64,000 nt of DNA from positions 68,328 to 132,327 of the forward strand of contig JAUXWO010000123.1 of the NCBI GenBank assembly GCA_030680175.1, written 5' to 3'. This DNA comes from Vicinamibacterales bacterium. Lineage in GTDB: Bacteria > Acidobacteriota > Vicinamibacteria > Vicinamibacterales > UBA2999. The position numbers and the translations under genes were made by a program. How positions within the stretch are numbered: the stretch's first letter is position 1; every line of letters begins with the position of its first letter. Shown here piece after piece: positions 37,022-47,848 of this stretch. A model generated the notes under the pieces. The model ran no database searches and was not told where the DNA came from. It was given only the letters and a program-made list of their open reading frames with translations.

Positions 37022-39680
37022 AGTCCGCTCGGAGGGCCGTCATGGGATCCACCGTCGTGGCGCGCCACGCCGGGCCGAGGCAGGCGAGGATGCCGGCCAT
37101 GAGGAACGCCACCGCGACCACCGCGAACGTGATCGGGTCGGTCGTCGTGGTGTTGTACAGGTAGCTCTGCAGCACGCGGCCCAGCACGAGGGCCGCGGCG
37201 ATCCCGAGGCCCAGGCCGGCCGCGACGAGCGTGAAGCCCTGGCGGAGCACCATCACGAGCACGCTCTCCCGGCTCGCGCCGAGCGCCATGCGCACGCCGA
37301 ACTCCTGGGTGCGCTGCGACACCGAGGTCGCAATCACGCCGGTGATGCCCGTCACCGTCACGATGAGGGCGAGCACGGCAAACACCGACAGCAACAGCGC
37401 GGTGAGCCGCGGCGCCGCGAGGTAGGTGGCGCGGATCTCGTCGAGCGTACGCACGTTCTCGATGGGCATGTCCGCATCCACGGCATGCACCGCCTCGCGG
37501 ATCAGCGCGGTCGCACTCGCCGGGTCGCCGCTCATGCGCACGAGGACGCGGCCGGCGAGCCCGCCCCTGTTCTGCGCCAGCGGCACGTAGACCTGTGCCA
37601 CCGCTTCCCGGTCCAGCCCGAACTGCCGCACGTCCCCGACCATCCCGACAATGGTGAGCCAGGTCTGGCCGTTGTCGGCGGACACGCGTGACCCGATGGG
37701 GTCGCGGCCGTCCCAGTACCGCGCCACCGACTCGTTGATGACGACCACCGGCTCGGCCTCGTCGTGGTCGAGTGCGCTGAAGGCGCGCCCCCGCAGCAGC
37801 GGGATGCCGAGCGTGTCGAAGTACGCGGGGCTCGCGACGCGCACGTCCGCCGTCGGCGCCAGGTCCGGGTTGTCGTAGACGCGGCCTTCAATCTGGAAGT
37901 TCGTCTGGCCCGGCTGCAGCCCCGCGAGGGGCACGCTGTTCGTGATGGCGGCCGAGGTCACCCCGGGCGCCCCCTCGAGCCGGTCGAGCACATCGAGATA
38001 GAAGCGCCGGAGCGTCTCTGCATTCGGGTAGCGGGTGAAGTTGCCGAAGATCTCGGCCGACATCACGCGGTCCGCCCGGTAGCCGGGGTCCACGCTCTGC
38101 AGGCGGAAGAAGCTGAGAAGGAGCAACCCCGCGCCGACGAGCAGGACGACGGACACGGCCACCTGCGCGACGATGAGGGCGCCCTGCAGGCGGCGGCGGG
38201 CCGGGGCCTCGCCGCTGCCCTTGCTGCCAGCCTTGAGCGCGCTGACCAGATCCACGCGCGAGCTGATCGCCGGCAGCGTCCCGAACACCAGCCCCGTGAG
38301 CATCGACACGCCGAGCGTGAACAGCAGGACGCGCGGCTCGATGCCGATCTCGCCCGTGCGCGGCGTGAAGCGCTCGACGAAGGTGGCCAGCAGATCGATC
38401 GTCGCCCAGGCACACACCAGTCCGACGATGCCGCCGATCACCGAGACGAGGGTGCTCTCCGTCAGCAGCTGGCGCACGAGTCGCCACCGGCCCGCCCCAA
38501 GCGCGGTCCGCATGGCCAGCTCGCGGTCGCGGCGCAGCATCCGCGCGAGCGTCAGGTTCGCGACGTTCGCGCAGGCGATGAGCAGCACCAGCCCGGTCGT
38601 GCCCAGCAGAATCAGGAGCATCGGCCGCGCGTTGGTGGTGAGCTCCTCCAGCACGCCCGCGGTGCGCGCCTGGAAGCCCGAGTCGGGCCGGTACACGCTC
38701 GGGTGATCCTGGCGGAAGCGATCACCGACAGTGGCCACTTCGACCGCGGCGCTCTCGGGCGCCGCACCCGGCTTCAGCAGGCCGAACACGCGGAGCGCCG
38801 CAAACGCGCGGCGGTTCGTCTCGATCTGGCGCTCGGCGGCGGACCGGAACGGGCACGCCGACGTCGGCATGTAGACATCCACTTCGTTCGGGTAGTGCGG
38901 CACGGCCGGCAGGACGCCGACGACCGTATGCGGCCGGTTGTTCATCTCGAATACCTGGCCGACGATCGACGGGTCGCCACCGAAGCGTGTCTGCCAGTAG
39001 GCGTGACCGAGCACCAGCACCGCCTCGGCGCCCTCGCGGTCATCCTCGGCGATGAACGTACGGCCGAGCACCGGCTGGATGCCGAGCACGTCGAAGAAGT
39101 TGGGCGAGACGACGCCGGTGGCGACGCGGTCGGGGTCGCCGCGCCGCAGCAGGTCGAAGTTCATCTGGTGGAACTCGACCAGCCCATCGAAGCTCGCGAG
39201 CTGCTCGCGGTACTCGTACAGCTCCTTGATGGAGACGCCCACGTCCTGCTGGCTGGCGAGCGGCGCCGACTGGCGGATCAGCACGAGGCGATCGCCGTTG
39301 TCGTACGGCAGCGGCTTGAGCAGCACGCCGTTGATGACGCTGAAGATGGCGGTGTTGGCGCCGATGCCCAGGCCCAGGGTGAGGATGGCGACGGCGGCAA
39401 AGCCGGGGCTCTTCAGCAGGGTGCGCAGGCCGTAGCGGACATCCTGCGCCAGCTCTTCGAACCAGCTCACGCCGCGGGCATCGCGCGTCTCTTCGGTGTA
39501 CTTCGCCATCGGTCCAAAGTCCTTCACTGACTGCTGCCACGCCGCCTCTGGCGACAGGCCGCGCCCCACATGCTTCTCGGCCTGCATCTCCAGATGAAAA
39601 CGCACCTCCGCGTCGAACGCGCGGTCGAGCGCCGCGCCGTGTCTCAGGGCCCGCAACCGCCGCACGAGCCACGTCACCAT
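37020..39680 (-). CDS. ADOP-family duplicated MacB/FtsX permease
   Basis: 886 aa. The N-terminus is typical of the family ([33 protein letters not shown]..). Two MacB_PCD plus FtsX halves are present. It starts 7 nt downstream of padR. Confidence 0.88.
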   Translation of the reverse strand: MVTWLVRRLRALRHGAALDRAFDAEVRFHLEMQAEKHVGRGLSPEAAWQQSVKDFGPMAKYTEETRDARGVSWFEELAQDVRYGLRTLLKSPGFAAVAILTLGLGIGANTAIFSVINGVLLKPLPYDNGDRLVLIRQSAPLASQQDVGVSIKELYEYREQLASFDGLVEFHQMNFDLLRRGDPDRVATGVVSPNFFDVLGIQPVLGRTFIAEDDREGAEAVLVLGHAYWQTRFGGDPSIVGQVFEMNNRPHTVVGVLPAVPHYPNEVDVYMPTSACPFRSAAERQIETNRRAFAALRVFGLLKPGAAPESAAVEVATVGDRFRQDHPSVYRPDSGFQARTAGVLEELTTNARPMLLILLGTTGLVLLIACANVANLTLARMLRRDRELAMRTALGAGRWRLVRQLLTESTLVSVIGGIVGLVCAWATIDLLATFVERFTPRTGEIGIEPRVLLFTLGVSMLTGLVFGTLPAISSRVDLVSALKAGSKGSGEAPARRRLQGALIVAQVAVSVVLLVGAGLLLLSFFRLQSVDPGYRADRVMSAEIFGNFTRYPNAETLRRFYLDVLDRLEGAPGVTSAAITNSVPLAGLQPGQTNFQIEGRVYDNPDLAPTADVRVASPAYFDTLGIPLLRGRAFSALDHDEAEPVVVINESVARYWDGRDPIGSRVSADNGQTWLTIVGMVGDVRQFGLDREAVAQVYVPLAQNRGGLAGRVLVRMSGDPASATALIREAVHAVDADMPIENVRTLDEIRATYLAAPRLTALLLSVFAVLALIVTVTGITGVIATSVSQRTQEFGVRMALGASRESVLVMVLRQGFTLVAAGLGLGIAAALVLGRVLQSYLYNTTTTDPITFAVVAVAFLMAGILACLGPAWRATTVDPMTALRAD

Positions 39681-39687
39681 CGGGTCC

Positions 39688-40008
39688 CTATCCCTCGTGG
39701 GCGAGGATCTTCCCCACCGCCGTCGTCATCCGCGCCCACTGCGCCGACTCCTCGCGGAGCTGCTTCTGGCCGGCGCGCGTCAGCCGGTAGAACTTCGCCT
39801 GCCGGTTGCGTTCCGACGCGCCCCACTCCGAGTCGAGCCAGCCGGCGGTCTCGAGGCGCTGAAGCGCGGGGTACAACGACCCCTGGTTCACCCGCAGGGC
39901 ATCCTCGGAGATCTGCTGGATGCGCTGCGCGATGCCCCAGCCGTGCATGGGCCCGAGCGCCAGGGTCTTGAGAATCAGGAGATCGAGCGTGCCGTGGAGA
40001 AGATCCAT
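39688..40008 (-). CDS. PadR-family transcriptional regulator
   Basis: 106 aa with the motifs [19 protein letters not shown] and [16 protein letters not shown]. Confidence 0.92.
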   Translation of the reverse strand: MDLLHGTLDLLILKTLALGPMHGWGIAQRIQQISEDALRVNQGSLYPALQRLETAGWLDSEWGASERNRQAKFYRLTRAGQKQLREESAQWARMTTAVGKILAHEG

Positions 40009-40046
40009 CGCAGTTCCGCGTTCACCGTTGACGAAGCAGGGGGCTG

Positions 40047-40096
40047 TTGTCGACGTTCGACAAGAGGATCGCCTCTCTCTTGTCGAGTGTCAACAG
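40047..40096. promoter_or_regulatory. two 7-3-7 palindromes, candidate PadR operators
   Basis: TTGTCGAcgtTCGACAA at 40047-40063 is perfect. TTGTCGAgtgTCAACAG at 40080-40096 has 2 mismatches in the right half. They lie 39-88 nt upstream of the padR start. Confidence 0.45.
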
Positions 40097-40163
40097 GAAG
40101 ATGCGTCCCCCGCATCTTTCGTGTGACGAGCGGGGCGGCGGGGGAGAGGCGGCGCCTTCCGTC

Positions 40164-42449
40164 TCAGAGCGCCCAGAGATACGTCAGCTTCACGACGCCG
40201 GTGCGGCGCTCCCAGCGCGTGACGCCCGGCTCGGGGAGGTCGCCCATGTTGACGCCCGTGTCGAGCACCAGGAACAGGTTGCTTCCCGGCGTATGGATCC
40301 AGTTCACCCGGATGTTCGCCTGCAGCCGCCGCGACACATCGTCGTACTGGATGAGGGCATCGCCGAAGAGCGACCGGTTGAGCGCCGACTTCACGGTGAC
40401 CTCGAGGATGTTCGTCGTGAAGCGGCCGCCCTCGACCGGCAGCGAGACGACGTTGCGCGTGACGGCCGGGAGGACGCTCAGGCGCCGCGAGGCGGTGAAG
40501 ACGGCGGCGGTGCGCAGTTCGGTCCGCGTGCCGTGATAGAAGCTCCCGGTCGAGACGCTGGCGTTCCCCGAGATGCGCCGGCTGCCGTTCGTCCGGCCGT
40601 GCACGACGAGGTTCGTGAACGTGTAGTCTCCCGGCGCGATCAACACGCCCGGGCGGATCGAGAAGGGCGAGACGAGACGCTCGACGCGCTCCACGACGGA
40701 TCCGCCGACGGCGTCGCCCGACTGGAAGACGAGCTGCGTGTCGACGCTGCGGCGCTCCGACTGCCGGACGCGGTCCTGGCCCTCGATCGCCTCGCCCCGC
40801 AGGTCGAGCGTCCACTGCCGCGCCCAGCGGCTGCGCTCGAAGCGCGGCGAGTAGTTCAGCTCCCCGGCGATCCGCTGCTGGTTCGGACGGCGGACGAAGC
40901 CGAGCGCCGGCAGGAAGTCGCGCCCGATGTTCGTGTAGCTGAGCGCGGTGCCGTACCTCGCGTTGCGCACGCGCAGGTGGGCGGACGCGGCCCCCTGCCC
41001 GTCCGCGAGCCCGCGCGGCCCCCCGCCGTCGCGTGCGCCGGCGGCGAGGTCCGGGTCCCACAGACGCGCCGCCCACACGTCGAGGCTGCTGCTGCCGAAG
41101 AAGCGGAACTGCGCGTCGGCGCCCGCGGCCCGGCGGTGGGTGTCGCCGCTGGTGAGGTTCGTGACGAGGCCGCCGATCGACGCGCGCGGCCCGAGGTCCG
41201 CGCGCACGCGTGCCACGGAGTTGTTGCCGCCCTCGCGCCCGCCATCCTCCCCCGTCTGCAGGTTCAGCACGCCGACGCTCACGCGGCCCACCTGGCCCGT
41301 GAGCCGCCCGCCGCCCACGATCGGATTCTCGAGGCCGATGCGGCGCGAGAAGAACACCTGCGTCTGCCCGGGATCGCCGAACGCGAAGAGCCGCGCGCGT
41401 TCGAGGAAGAACTCCCGTTTCTCCGGGAAGAAGAGCGAGAAGCGATCGAGGTTCACCTGGACGTTGTCGGCCTCGACCTGCGCGAAGTCGGTGTTCCAGG
41501 TGAGGTCGAGCGTGAGCGACGAGCTGAGGCTGTACTTCACATCGAGCCCGAGGTCCATCACGCCCCGCGCGTCCTCGGCGCGTCCCGCCTTCTGCCCGCC
41601 GGTGACGATGAAGGGCTTCACCTGGAGGTTGCGTCCGGGCGTCACGCCCTCGAGGCCGACGAGGGTCCCGTACTGCGACGCCTGCGCGTAGCGGCCGCGA
41701 TACGTCACCGGCAGGTGCGGCCAGTAGGCCGTCTCGTTCTTCCGGCGAATCGACCTGAAGATGAGCAGGCCCATCTCGAGCGCCTCGTCGCGCGGAAAGC
41801 GGATGGTCGTGAACGGAATCTCGACCTCGAGGACCCATCCGTCTGCGGTGATGCGCGTCTCGCTGCGATACACGCCGTCCCAGTTCCAGTCCTCCCCCTC
41901 GATCGACTCATCCGTGAAGATGGCATCGTCCTGCGTGCCGAGCGCGTTGATCTCGAAGATGTAGCCGTTGCGCCGGTCGTTGAAGGTGTCGAGGGCGATG
42001 ACGATGTGATCGTCGAAGCCGATCTGGCCGCCGCGATTGAGCGTGTGCGCGCGGATGGCGGAGGGGTCGGAATCGAACAGCGTGAAGCCGAAGTACAGCG
42101 CGCCTTCGTCATAGGCGATGCGCACCTCCGTGCGCTCCGTCGGATAGGCGCCGTCGACGGGATCCCGCTGGACGAAGTCGGCGATGGGGTCGAGGGTCGC
42201 CCAGAACGGCTCGTCGAGGACGCCGTCGATGGTGGGCGCCGTCGCGATCCGCGTGGCACGTGCGAGCGCGGAGGCGCCGCGCGGCGGGTCCGGCATCAGG
42301 CGCGGCAGCCCCGAGGCCGCCGGCGCGCCCGGTATCCCGTCCGGCGTCAGGGCTGATTGCGCCTGCACCCCGGCGCCGAGCCCCGAGATCAAGACCAGAA
42401 GAGTCGCGCCGAGGGCGCGGGCGGCAGCCGGCATCGTCCATGTCGTCAC
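40164..42449 (-). CDS. CBM9-like/DUF5916-type outer-membrane protein
   Basis: 761 aa with a signal peptide. The N-terminal region reads APTIDGVLDEPFWATL..IAYDEGALYFGF..FDDHIVIALDTFNDRRNGYIFEINALG. The C-terminal part is long and beta-rich. Confidence 0.7.
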   Translation of the reverse strand: MTTWTMPAAARALGATLLVLISGLGAGVQAQSALTPDGIPGAPAASGLPRLMPDPPRGASALARATRIATAPTIDGVLDEPFWATLDPIADFVQRDPVDGAYPTERTEVRIAYDEGALYFGFTLFDSDPSAIRAHTLNRGGQIGFDDHIVIALDTFNDRRNGYIFEINALGTQDDAIFTDESIEGEDWNWDGVYRSETRITADGWVLEVEIPFTTIRFPRDEALEMGLLIFRSIRRKNETAYWPHLPVTYRGRYAQASQYGTLVGLEGVTPGRNLQVKPFIVTGGQKAGRAEDARGVMDLGLDVKYSLSSSLTLDLTWNTDFAQVEADNVQVNLDRFSLFFPEKREFFLERARLFAFGDPGQTQVFFSRRIGLENPIVGGGRLTGQVGRVSVGVLNLQTGEDGGREGGNNSVARVRADLGPRASIGGLVTNLTSGDTHRRAAGADAQFRFFGSSSLDVWAARLWDPDLAAGARDGGGPRGLADGQGAASAHLRVRNARYGTALSYTNIGRDFLPALGFVRRPNQQRIAGELNYSPRFERSRWARQWTLDLRGEAIEGQDRVRQSERRSVDTQLVFQSGDAVGGSVVERVERLVSPFSIRPGVLIAPGDYTFTNLVVHGRTNGSRRISGNASVSTGSFYHGTRTELRTAAVFTASRRLSVLPAVTRNVVSLPVEGGRFTTNILEVTVKSALNRSLFGDALIQYDDVSRRLQANIRVNWIHTPGSNLFLVLDTGVNMGDLPEPGVTRWERRTGVVKLTYLWAL

Positions 42450-42532
42450 TAGATAGCAGCATCGTTCCGCACGTCACCCGGCGTCAACGGCCACACGCCA
42501 ATTCCTGTGATGAAGCGTGGTACAACCACCGC

Positions 42533-42979
42533 ATGGACTTCTCCGCCGGCGACGCCGTGCACGTTACGGCCCTCGGCACGGGGGTGATCCTGGAGGTGCG
42601 GAACGGCCGGCGATACCTGGTGTCCATCAAGGGCCGCGCGGTCGAGGTACGGGCCGGGCAGCTCACGGCCGTCGCGCCAGGGCGTGCCCCGCGCCGCGCG
42701 GCGGCTCCGGCCGCGGCACGAACGACGCCCGTCGCGACGCGCACGCAGGCGCCCGCATCACTCGACCTGCACGGCAGGACCACGGGCGAGGCCGTCGAAG
42801 CGCTCGACGCGTTCCTGAACGAGGCGCTGCTCGCGAGCCTGGCGGAAGTGCGGGTGATTCACGGCCGGAGCGGCGGCCGCGTGAAGGCCGCCGTCCACGC
42901 GCGCCTGCGCGCGCTCTCGGTCGTGCGCGCGTTCCGCGTGGATGAGCGGAACGCCGGCGTGACGTTGGTCTACTTCTAG
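42533..42979 (+). CDS. Smr-domain protein
   Basis: The ATG at 42533 is in frame with track ORF 42260..42979. The C-terminal Smr motif is LDLHGRTTGEAVEALDAFL..VRVIHGRSGG. Confidence 0.75.
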   Translation: MDFSAGDAVHVTALGTGVILEVRNGRRYLVSIKGRAVEVRAGQLTAVAPGRAPRRAAAPAAARTTPVATRTQAPASLDLHGRTTGEAVEALDAFLNEALLASLAEVRVIHGRSGGRVKAAVHARLRALSVVRAFRVDERNAGVTLVYF

Positions 42980-43064
42980 GCGGCCCAGGTACTCGTGGCC
43001 GGCGTGCGTCTGTCACGCTTCACTTGGCGCACTGCCCCACCAGCGCCGCCCGGACGATTGTCTC

Positions 43065-44477
43065 TCAGACGCGATGCACACCTTGGGCGCGGTTACGACC
43101 AGCCGCTCTCGCTCTATTCAGAGACGCCTCTGCCCGGCTGATCGCTGCGGCTGGACTCTCTCCGGCGCCGAGTGTTGAGACCGCGGCCGAGACCGTCACC
43201 CGGCTCGTGTCGGTGACCAGGAGGGCCTCCAATTGCTGTCGGGCGCGCTCTGCGAACACGGCGGCTCCCGCCAACGACACATCAGGCAGTACGACGAGGA
43301 ATTCGTCGCCGCCCCATCTGACGGCCAAATCCGATTGGCGAAACGACGACCTCAGAATACGAGCCACCTCGCGGAGTGCCCGATCGCCCGCCTCGTGTCC
43401 ATGCATGTCATTAATGAGCTGGAAGTTATCGAGACCGAGCAGCACGACGCTGATCTGGGACCCGGTTCGGCGAACGCGAGCCGCTTCGCGAACGATCGCT
43501 TGTTCCCCGGCACGGCGGTTGTACAGTCCTGTCAGCGAATCCACGAGCACCAGATGTTCAAGGGTCACCTGTTCGTCCGACCGCGTAACATTCAACTGGA
43601 CTTGCTGCCGTCGCTCCAACTCATCCGCGAACGACCGGCCGACCTCCACCATCCGATCAACCTGTTGAATCCCTGCGGCCAACGGCTTGACATCGAGCAG
43701 GCTCAGGACGCCCATGGATTGCCCAAGAGAGGTCAAGAGCGGGATCAATACAACGCCACGGACGTCGGAGGGAATCACACTGGACACACCGGCAATAGGT
43801 ATCGTCCTCGTGTCCTGAACGACAAACGGCTGCCTGGCCTCTGTAACCTGTCGAAGCAACGACGATTGATGGGACACTGTGGCATCACCCGGCTCCATCG
43901 CGTGGAGCACGTGCGCGGTGAACCAGCGCTGCGATCCGGTGTCGATCGACAAGGTGACGATCGGTACTGGCAAGATCTGCATGATCTGATGCCGCAGTGT
44001 CTGGAACAGGTCTCCCAAGCCTAGACAACGTGCCTCCTGTGTGGGTGGGGCCGTCACGTTGTCCAGCGCACGCCGAACAATTCGTCCGAGCGCATCCCGG
44101 GAGACACGCTCGTCTGCAACATGAGCAATGCCAAGGCTCGTGGTCATTCTCGCAGCGATTGCCCGCAGTTCTGGAAACGCCGATAGCACAAGCACTGCCG
44201 TTTCGTCTGGGGAAGACAGCTGCCTGAGGTCGCGGATGAGCGCCAGACCGTCTCTGCCAGGGAGCGACAGGTCCGTGATGAGCAGCAGCGGTGCACCACG
44301 CGTGTGAAGAATCGCTCCAGCGGCATCACCGTCACGGACCATCACCGCCTCGAGGCCCTGCTCCCTGGCCACTTGTTCACACATCGTCCCCAGGTTGGCA
44401 GCACATTCGGCGATCAGCGCGTATCCCGGGCGCACCGCCTCCGCTGATGCTGCCAGGTCAGCTCGTCTCTCTGTCAT
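43065..44477 (-). CDS. response-regulator receiver / GAF-like / GGDEF diguanylate cyclase
   Basis: 470 aa. The REC domain contains LLLITDLSLPGRDG and a GAF-like domain sits in the middle. The GGDEF domain has an intact RWGGDEF with an RQSD I-site 5 residues upstream. Confidence 0.85.
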   Translation of the reverse strand: MTERRADLAASAEAVRPGYALIAECAANLGTMCEQVAREQGLEAVMVRDGDAAGAILHTRGAPLLLITDLSLPGRDGLALIRDLRQLSSPDETAVLVLSAFPELRAIAARMTTSLGIAHVADERVSRDALGRIVRRALDNVTAPPTQEARCLGLGDLFQTLRHQIMQILPVPIVTLSIDTGSQRWFTAHVLHAMEPGDATVSHQSSLLRQVTEARQPFVVQDTRTIPIAGVSSVIPSDVRGVVLIPLLTSLGQSMGVLSLLDVKPLAAGIQQVDRMVEVGRSFADELERRQQVQLNVTRSDEQVTLEHLVLVDSLTGLYNRRAGEQAIVREAARVRRTGSQISVVLLGLDNFQLINDMHGHEAGDRALREVARILRSSFRQSDLAVRWGGDEFLVVLPDVSLAGAAVFAERARQQLEALLVTDTSRVTVSAAVSTLGAGESPAAAISRAEASLNRARAAGRNRAQGVHRV

Positions 44478-44552
44478 GCACCACAGCCGCCGACGTCGCG
44501 GCTACCGTCAAGGGGTTCTTCGAAACCAGACCACAGGTTGAACACCGGCGCA

Positions 44553-46901
44553 TCACTGCACCTCCTGCGTCATGAAGCCGCCATCGGCCGCGGTCGGCAC
44601 GTCTGCGAGAGGCGGCACGATCCCTGGTATCGGGGCGGGCCGCATGAAAGGAACGGGAAACGCGAACCGCTTCCGAATGGAAAGGCTCCCACGTGGTACG
44701 GGTGCTGCCGTCCAGGTCAGCGGCGAGTAGTCGACACCCAACATCACCATCCAGTCGTCGCCGACAGGCGCCCCGACGCTGGCCCAGATCCCGGGCCGGC
44801 CCCCGAACGTGAACCCGCGCGTGACCCACGCCCCTCCGGCAAGCTCCCACGCCCCCGCAGTGAGCGACGCCAACAGGTCGAGACGCTGCTGGGTCACACG
44901 GCCGGTATTCGAATGGGTCGCCGAGACGGTCATCGTGCCGGTGTCCTTCACCCAGCGCAGGTCGCCGCGATAATACGCGACGCGATCATGGCGGGTCTGT
45001 GTGTCCTGCTGACCGAATTCTGCGTTGCCATTCAGAGAGAACGGTCCCACGGATGTGCCGGTGAGCACTGAGAAGGTGCGACGAACGGTCGTTGTGCTGT
45101 ACTGCGACTCGCGGTAGTGGCCGCGCACTTCCACATTCCGAGTCCCCCGGACATAGCGGACTCCGACGGATCCTCCCTCACCACGTGAATTGAAGTGGCG
45201 GTCCACTGTTTCGAGTGACGTCTGATACGCGCTGCCGACGACCCGCACCGGAGCCGAAAAGATGCGTAGACTGGCGTCCGCCCTCAGTTCGTCACCGGGA
45301 ATCGAGACTCCCGACACGGTGCGCGGCGTGTCGCGCCATCGTGCGTGGACCATCGCCCGTGGTGTTGACAGTGAGTAGGTCACTTCCCCGGCGGGCGCGT
45401 TCGCGTGGGCGCCCGAGGCATTCGAGAGCCACACGCCGCCGCCCTTGGCCGTAAACCGGTGTGCACGCGTTGGACGGAATTCCACCTCCATCCCGAGGCC
45501 GCGCACGCGGTTCGCCGCCGCCGCCGCCGTCAATCGGCGCTCGAAGTCGAGTGCCTCTTCGGCATCTGGAGCTTGCACGGTCGTCTGCACGGTCGACAGT
45601 GTGGTGTAGCCGCCCGCCGGGCGGCCGAAGTCCGAGGCGGTCAGCGCGACGGTCATCGTGGACGTGCGCACGCCCGCACGCCCGCGTACCAGGTGCCCGG
45701 TTGCCGCCCCGCCAACGGTATTCGGCTGCGCCACGACGAACTCACCCAGCAGTCGGCCTGCGATCCGTCGCACACCGGCGCCGCGACCGCGCACATACGG
45801 CCCCGTGAGCGCCCCGCCAACCGAGGACACATAGTTGCCGAAGCTGAGGTCCCAGCCCTGATGCCGGAGACTCCCGCTGACGCGCGTGTGCGCTTCCTCG
45901 TACCGAGAGTTCGACAGCGTCTGGCGCAGTCCCTGATCGTAGGAGACAGAGAAGTGACTCCGGCGGCCAAAGGTCGAGGAAAGGCTCAGCGCACCCAGCA
46001 CTTGCGGGTGGACGTTGCCCCCACCTGACTGCGACATGCCGATCGTGGAGGAGCCTGACATGATCGACACGCCTGGTCTGGCGACACCCCGCTTCACAAT
46101 CGACACATGGGTCAACGCCTCTATTCCTTCGGGCTCACCAACGATGTCCACAAGCAGTCGGACCAGCTGCCGCTCGCCGACGGCGGCGTCCTCCGGAATG
46201 AGCAGATGGATCTCGCCTTCAATGTCCTCCCACGCTCCGAGCAGCCACTCTTTCTCCTCGACCTCCGGGTAGAGCAGCGTCCATCCGGCCCCGCCGTGAA
46301 TCCGCAAGCGCAGGCGCGATTCACCGTCCTCATAGCTGGAGACCGTGAAGAAAATCCTGACGGGAGCCCCGGGCACTCCCGTGCGAGGGACAGCGGCAAT
46401 CGCAGATTCGATGCGCCTGGACGTCCTCCTCCCTTCAGGGACGTCGGGTGCCCGCACGGTGACTGGCACGTCTATCCATTCCTGCGTGCCGTCGGGCCAC
46501 TGCGCCGCGATACGGGCCGCGACGAAGGGCCCTGGCGGCTGGGCCTCTGGGACGATGATACGTATGGACGGGCGAGCCTCTACACGATCGCCCGGGTCCC
46601 ACGTGACGGTGTCACGACGATTGCCAACAATCCGGACACCTGGCGCCGGTTCAATCGTGTAGCTCAGGGCACCCACACGGCGATGTGCATCGTCGATCGG
46701 CACGGGCACCGTGACAGCCTGGCCAGGCGCGACAATTACTGCGGCTTGGGCCGCCACGACACGTGGGAAAGCGGTGCACACGAATACTGCGAACAGCGAT
46801 ACGAGGCGCCGCTCAAGCGGTCGATATCGCCACGGTTGTTTCTGCGCATGGCACGGCCCAGGCCCTTCATACATTCGGGGGACCTTGGTCGTGCCATGCA
46901 T
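44553..46901 (-). CDS. large secreted protein, predicted outer-membrane beta-barrel, unknown family
   Basis: 782 aa with a signal-like segment (RRLVSLFAVFVCTAFPRVVAAQA). A soluble N-terminal region of about 270 aa is followed by about 480 aa of alternating beta-strand pattern. This ends ..RKRFAFPVPF, after which there is a 30-aa Pro-rich tail. Confidence 0.6.
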   Translation of the reverse strand: MHGTTKVPRMYEGPGPCHAQKQPWRYRPLERRLVSLFAVFVCTAFPRVVAAQAAVIVAPGQAVTVPVPIDDAHRRVGALSYTIEPAPGVRIVGNRRDTVTWDPGDRVEARPSIRIIVPEAQPPGPFVAARIAAQWPDGTQEWIDVPVTVRAPDVPEGRRTSRRIESAIAAVPRTGVPGAPVRIFFTVSSYEDGESRLRLRIHGGAGWTLLYPEVEEKEWLLGAWEDIEGEIHLLIPEDAAVGERQLVRLLVDIVGEPEGIEALTHVSIVKRGVARPGVSIMSGSSTIGMSQSGGGNVHPQVLGALSLSSTFGRRSHFSVSYDQGLRQTLSNSRYEEAHTRVSGSLRHQGWDLSFGNYVSSVGGALTGPYVRGRGAGVRRIAGRLLGEFVVAQPNTVGGAATGHLVRGRAGVRTSTMTVALTASDFGRPAGGYTTLSTVQTTVQAPDAEEALDFERRLTAAAAANRVRGLGMEVEFRPTRAHRFTAKGGGVWLSNASGAHANAPAGEVTYSLSTPRAMVHARWRDTPRTVSGVSIPGDELRADASLRIFSAPVRVVGSAYQTSLETVDRHFNSRGEGGSVGVRYVRGTRNVEVRGHYRESQYSTTTVRRTFSVLTGTSVGPFSLNGNAEFGQQDTQTRHDRVAYYRGDLRWVKDTGTMTVSATHSNTGRVTQQRLDLLASLTAGAWELAGGAWVTRGFTFGGRPGIWASVGAPVGDDWMVMLGVDYSPLTWTAAPVPRGSLSIRKRFAFPVPFMRPAPIPGIVPPLADVPTAADGGFMTQEVQ

Positions 46902-46943
46902 TCCCGCGTACCTACCGCTGACCTATGCGCTGGAGTCGGCGCT

Positions 46944-47312
46944 TCAGTTGGAAGGCTGACAGTGCGGGTTGTCCTGGGGATCTGAGATCTGGTTGCCCCG
47001 ATGGTTGTAGCAGGCGAGGATCGTTGTCCCGCTATCTTCGACGGTCTCAGTGCCGCCTACCTTTGTGTAGACGACGGTCTGCTCGACGACGATGGTCCAG
47101 TTCTGCGTCGGGTGAGACCCCGCCTTGTTCTGATTCGTCGTCACCGTGCACCGGTTGGTGTTCGGATTGGTACTGGTGTCCTGCGACCAGTCCCCGTTGT
47201 ACTGGCCACAGATCGTCGCGTTGTTCGCCGGAAACGGATTGGGGGCCTGGGCAAAGGTCACGGCTGACATGGCAACGAGCCCAGCAATACTGAACGAAAC
47301 GAATCGCCTCAT
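46944..47312 (-). CDS. small secreted 4-Cys, Asn/Thr/Gln-rich protein, unknown family
   Basis: GAAGGAGGA lies 6 nt upstream of the ATG at 47312. The signal peptide is MRRFVSFSIAGLVAMSAVTFAQA. The mature protein is about 99 aa with Cys in ICGQ, RCTV, LACY and HCQP. Confidence 0.6.
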   Translation of the reverse strand: MRRFVSFSIAGLVAMSAVTFAQAPNPFPANNATICGQYNGDWSQDTSTNPNTNRCTVTTNQNKAGSHPTQNWTIVVEQTVVYTKVGGTETVEDSGTTILACYNHRGNQISDPQDNPHCQPSN

Positions 47313-47848
47313 GATCTTCCTCCTTCGCGAGTTTGGTAACGTTGAGCGACGACATCGAGCCCCTCCGACAACGTGCACGGAGACGGGCCTTGTTGGCAGC
47401 AGGTCAGCCCACGCGTAGAACCGTCTGGTGCCGGGGGCAGCCGAGAGATCGAGGATTCCGGCCGTGTCAACCTTCGAGCTTGCCGTGCGCGTCTCCTGCT
47501 ACGTGAGCCGGAATATCCGGCGGGCTGCCTGGACGAAGGCGTAATCCTGCCACCGGCAACGCTCGTGTGACACCTCCCGAAAGGGGGGTGGCTCCCCTGT
47601 GGGACTAACGGGTACTCACCGCATGAGACGGACACGCCGCGGGCCTTCCCGGCGAGCGGCTCACAATTTGTCGAAATGACCGAGTGCCCACGCCACATAC
47701 GTCGACCGCCGCTTTCGGCGAGGGTGGTCACGGCCCCATGGGGCCGGCCACCGGACGCTGGAGGCGGATCGTCCCCAATCCACGTCATTGGTGACACCTC
47801 CCGAATGGGGGGCATTCCTGAGGTCTCAGGAAACGGCGGCTCTGACGG

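Noticed and set aside
40098-40118. 8-bp hairpin AAGATGCG-tcccc-CGCATCTT considered as the terminator of the DUF5916-type gene
   Set aside because: There is no U-tract on either strand and the stem is short. The role is plausible but not supportable from sequence alone.
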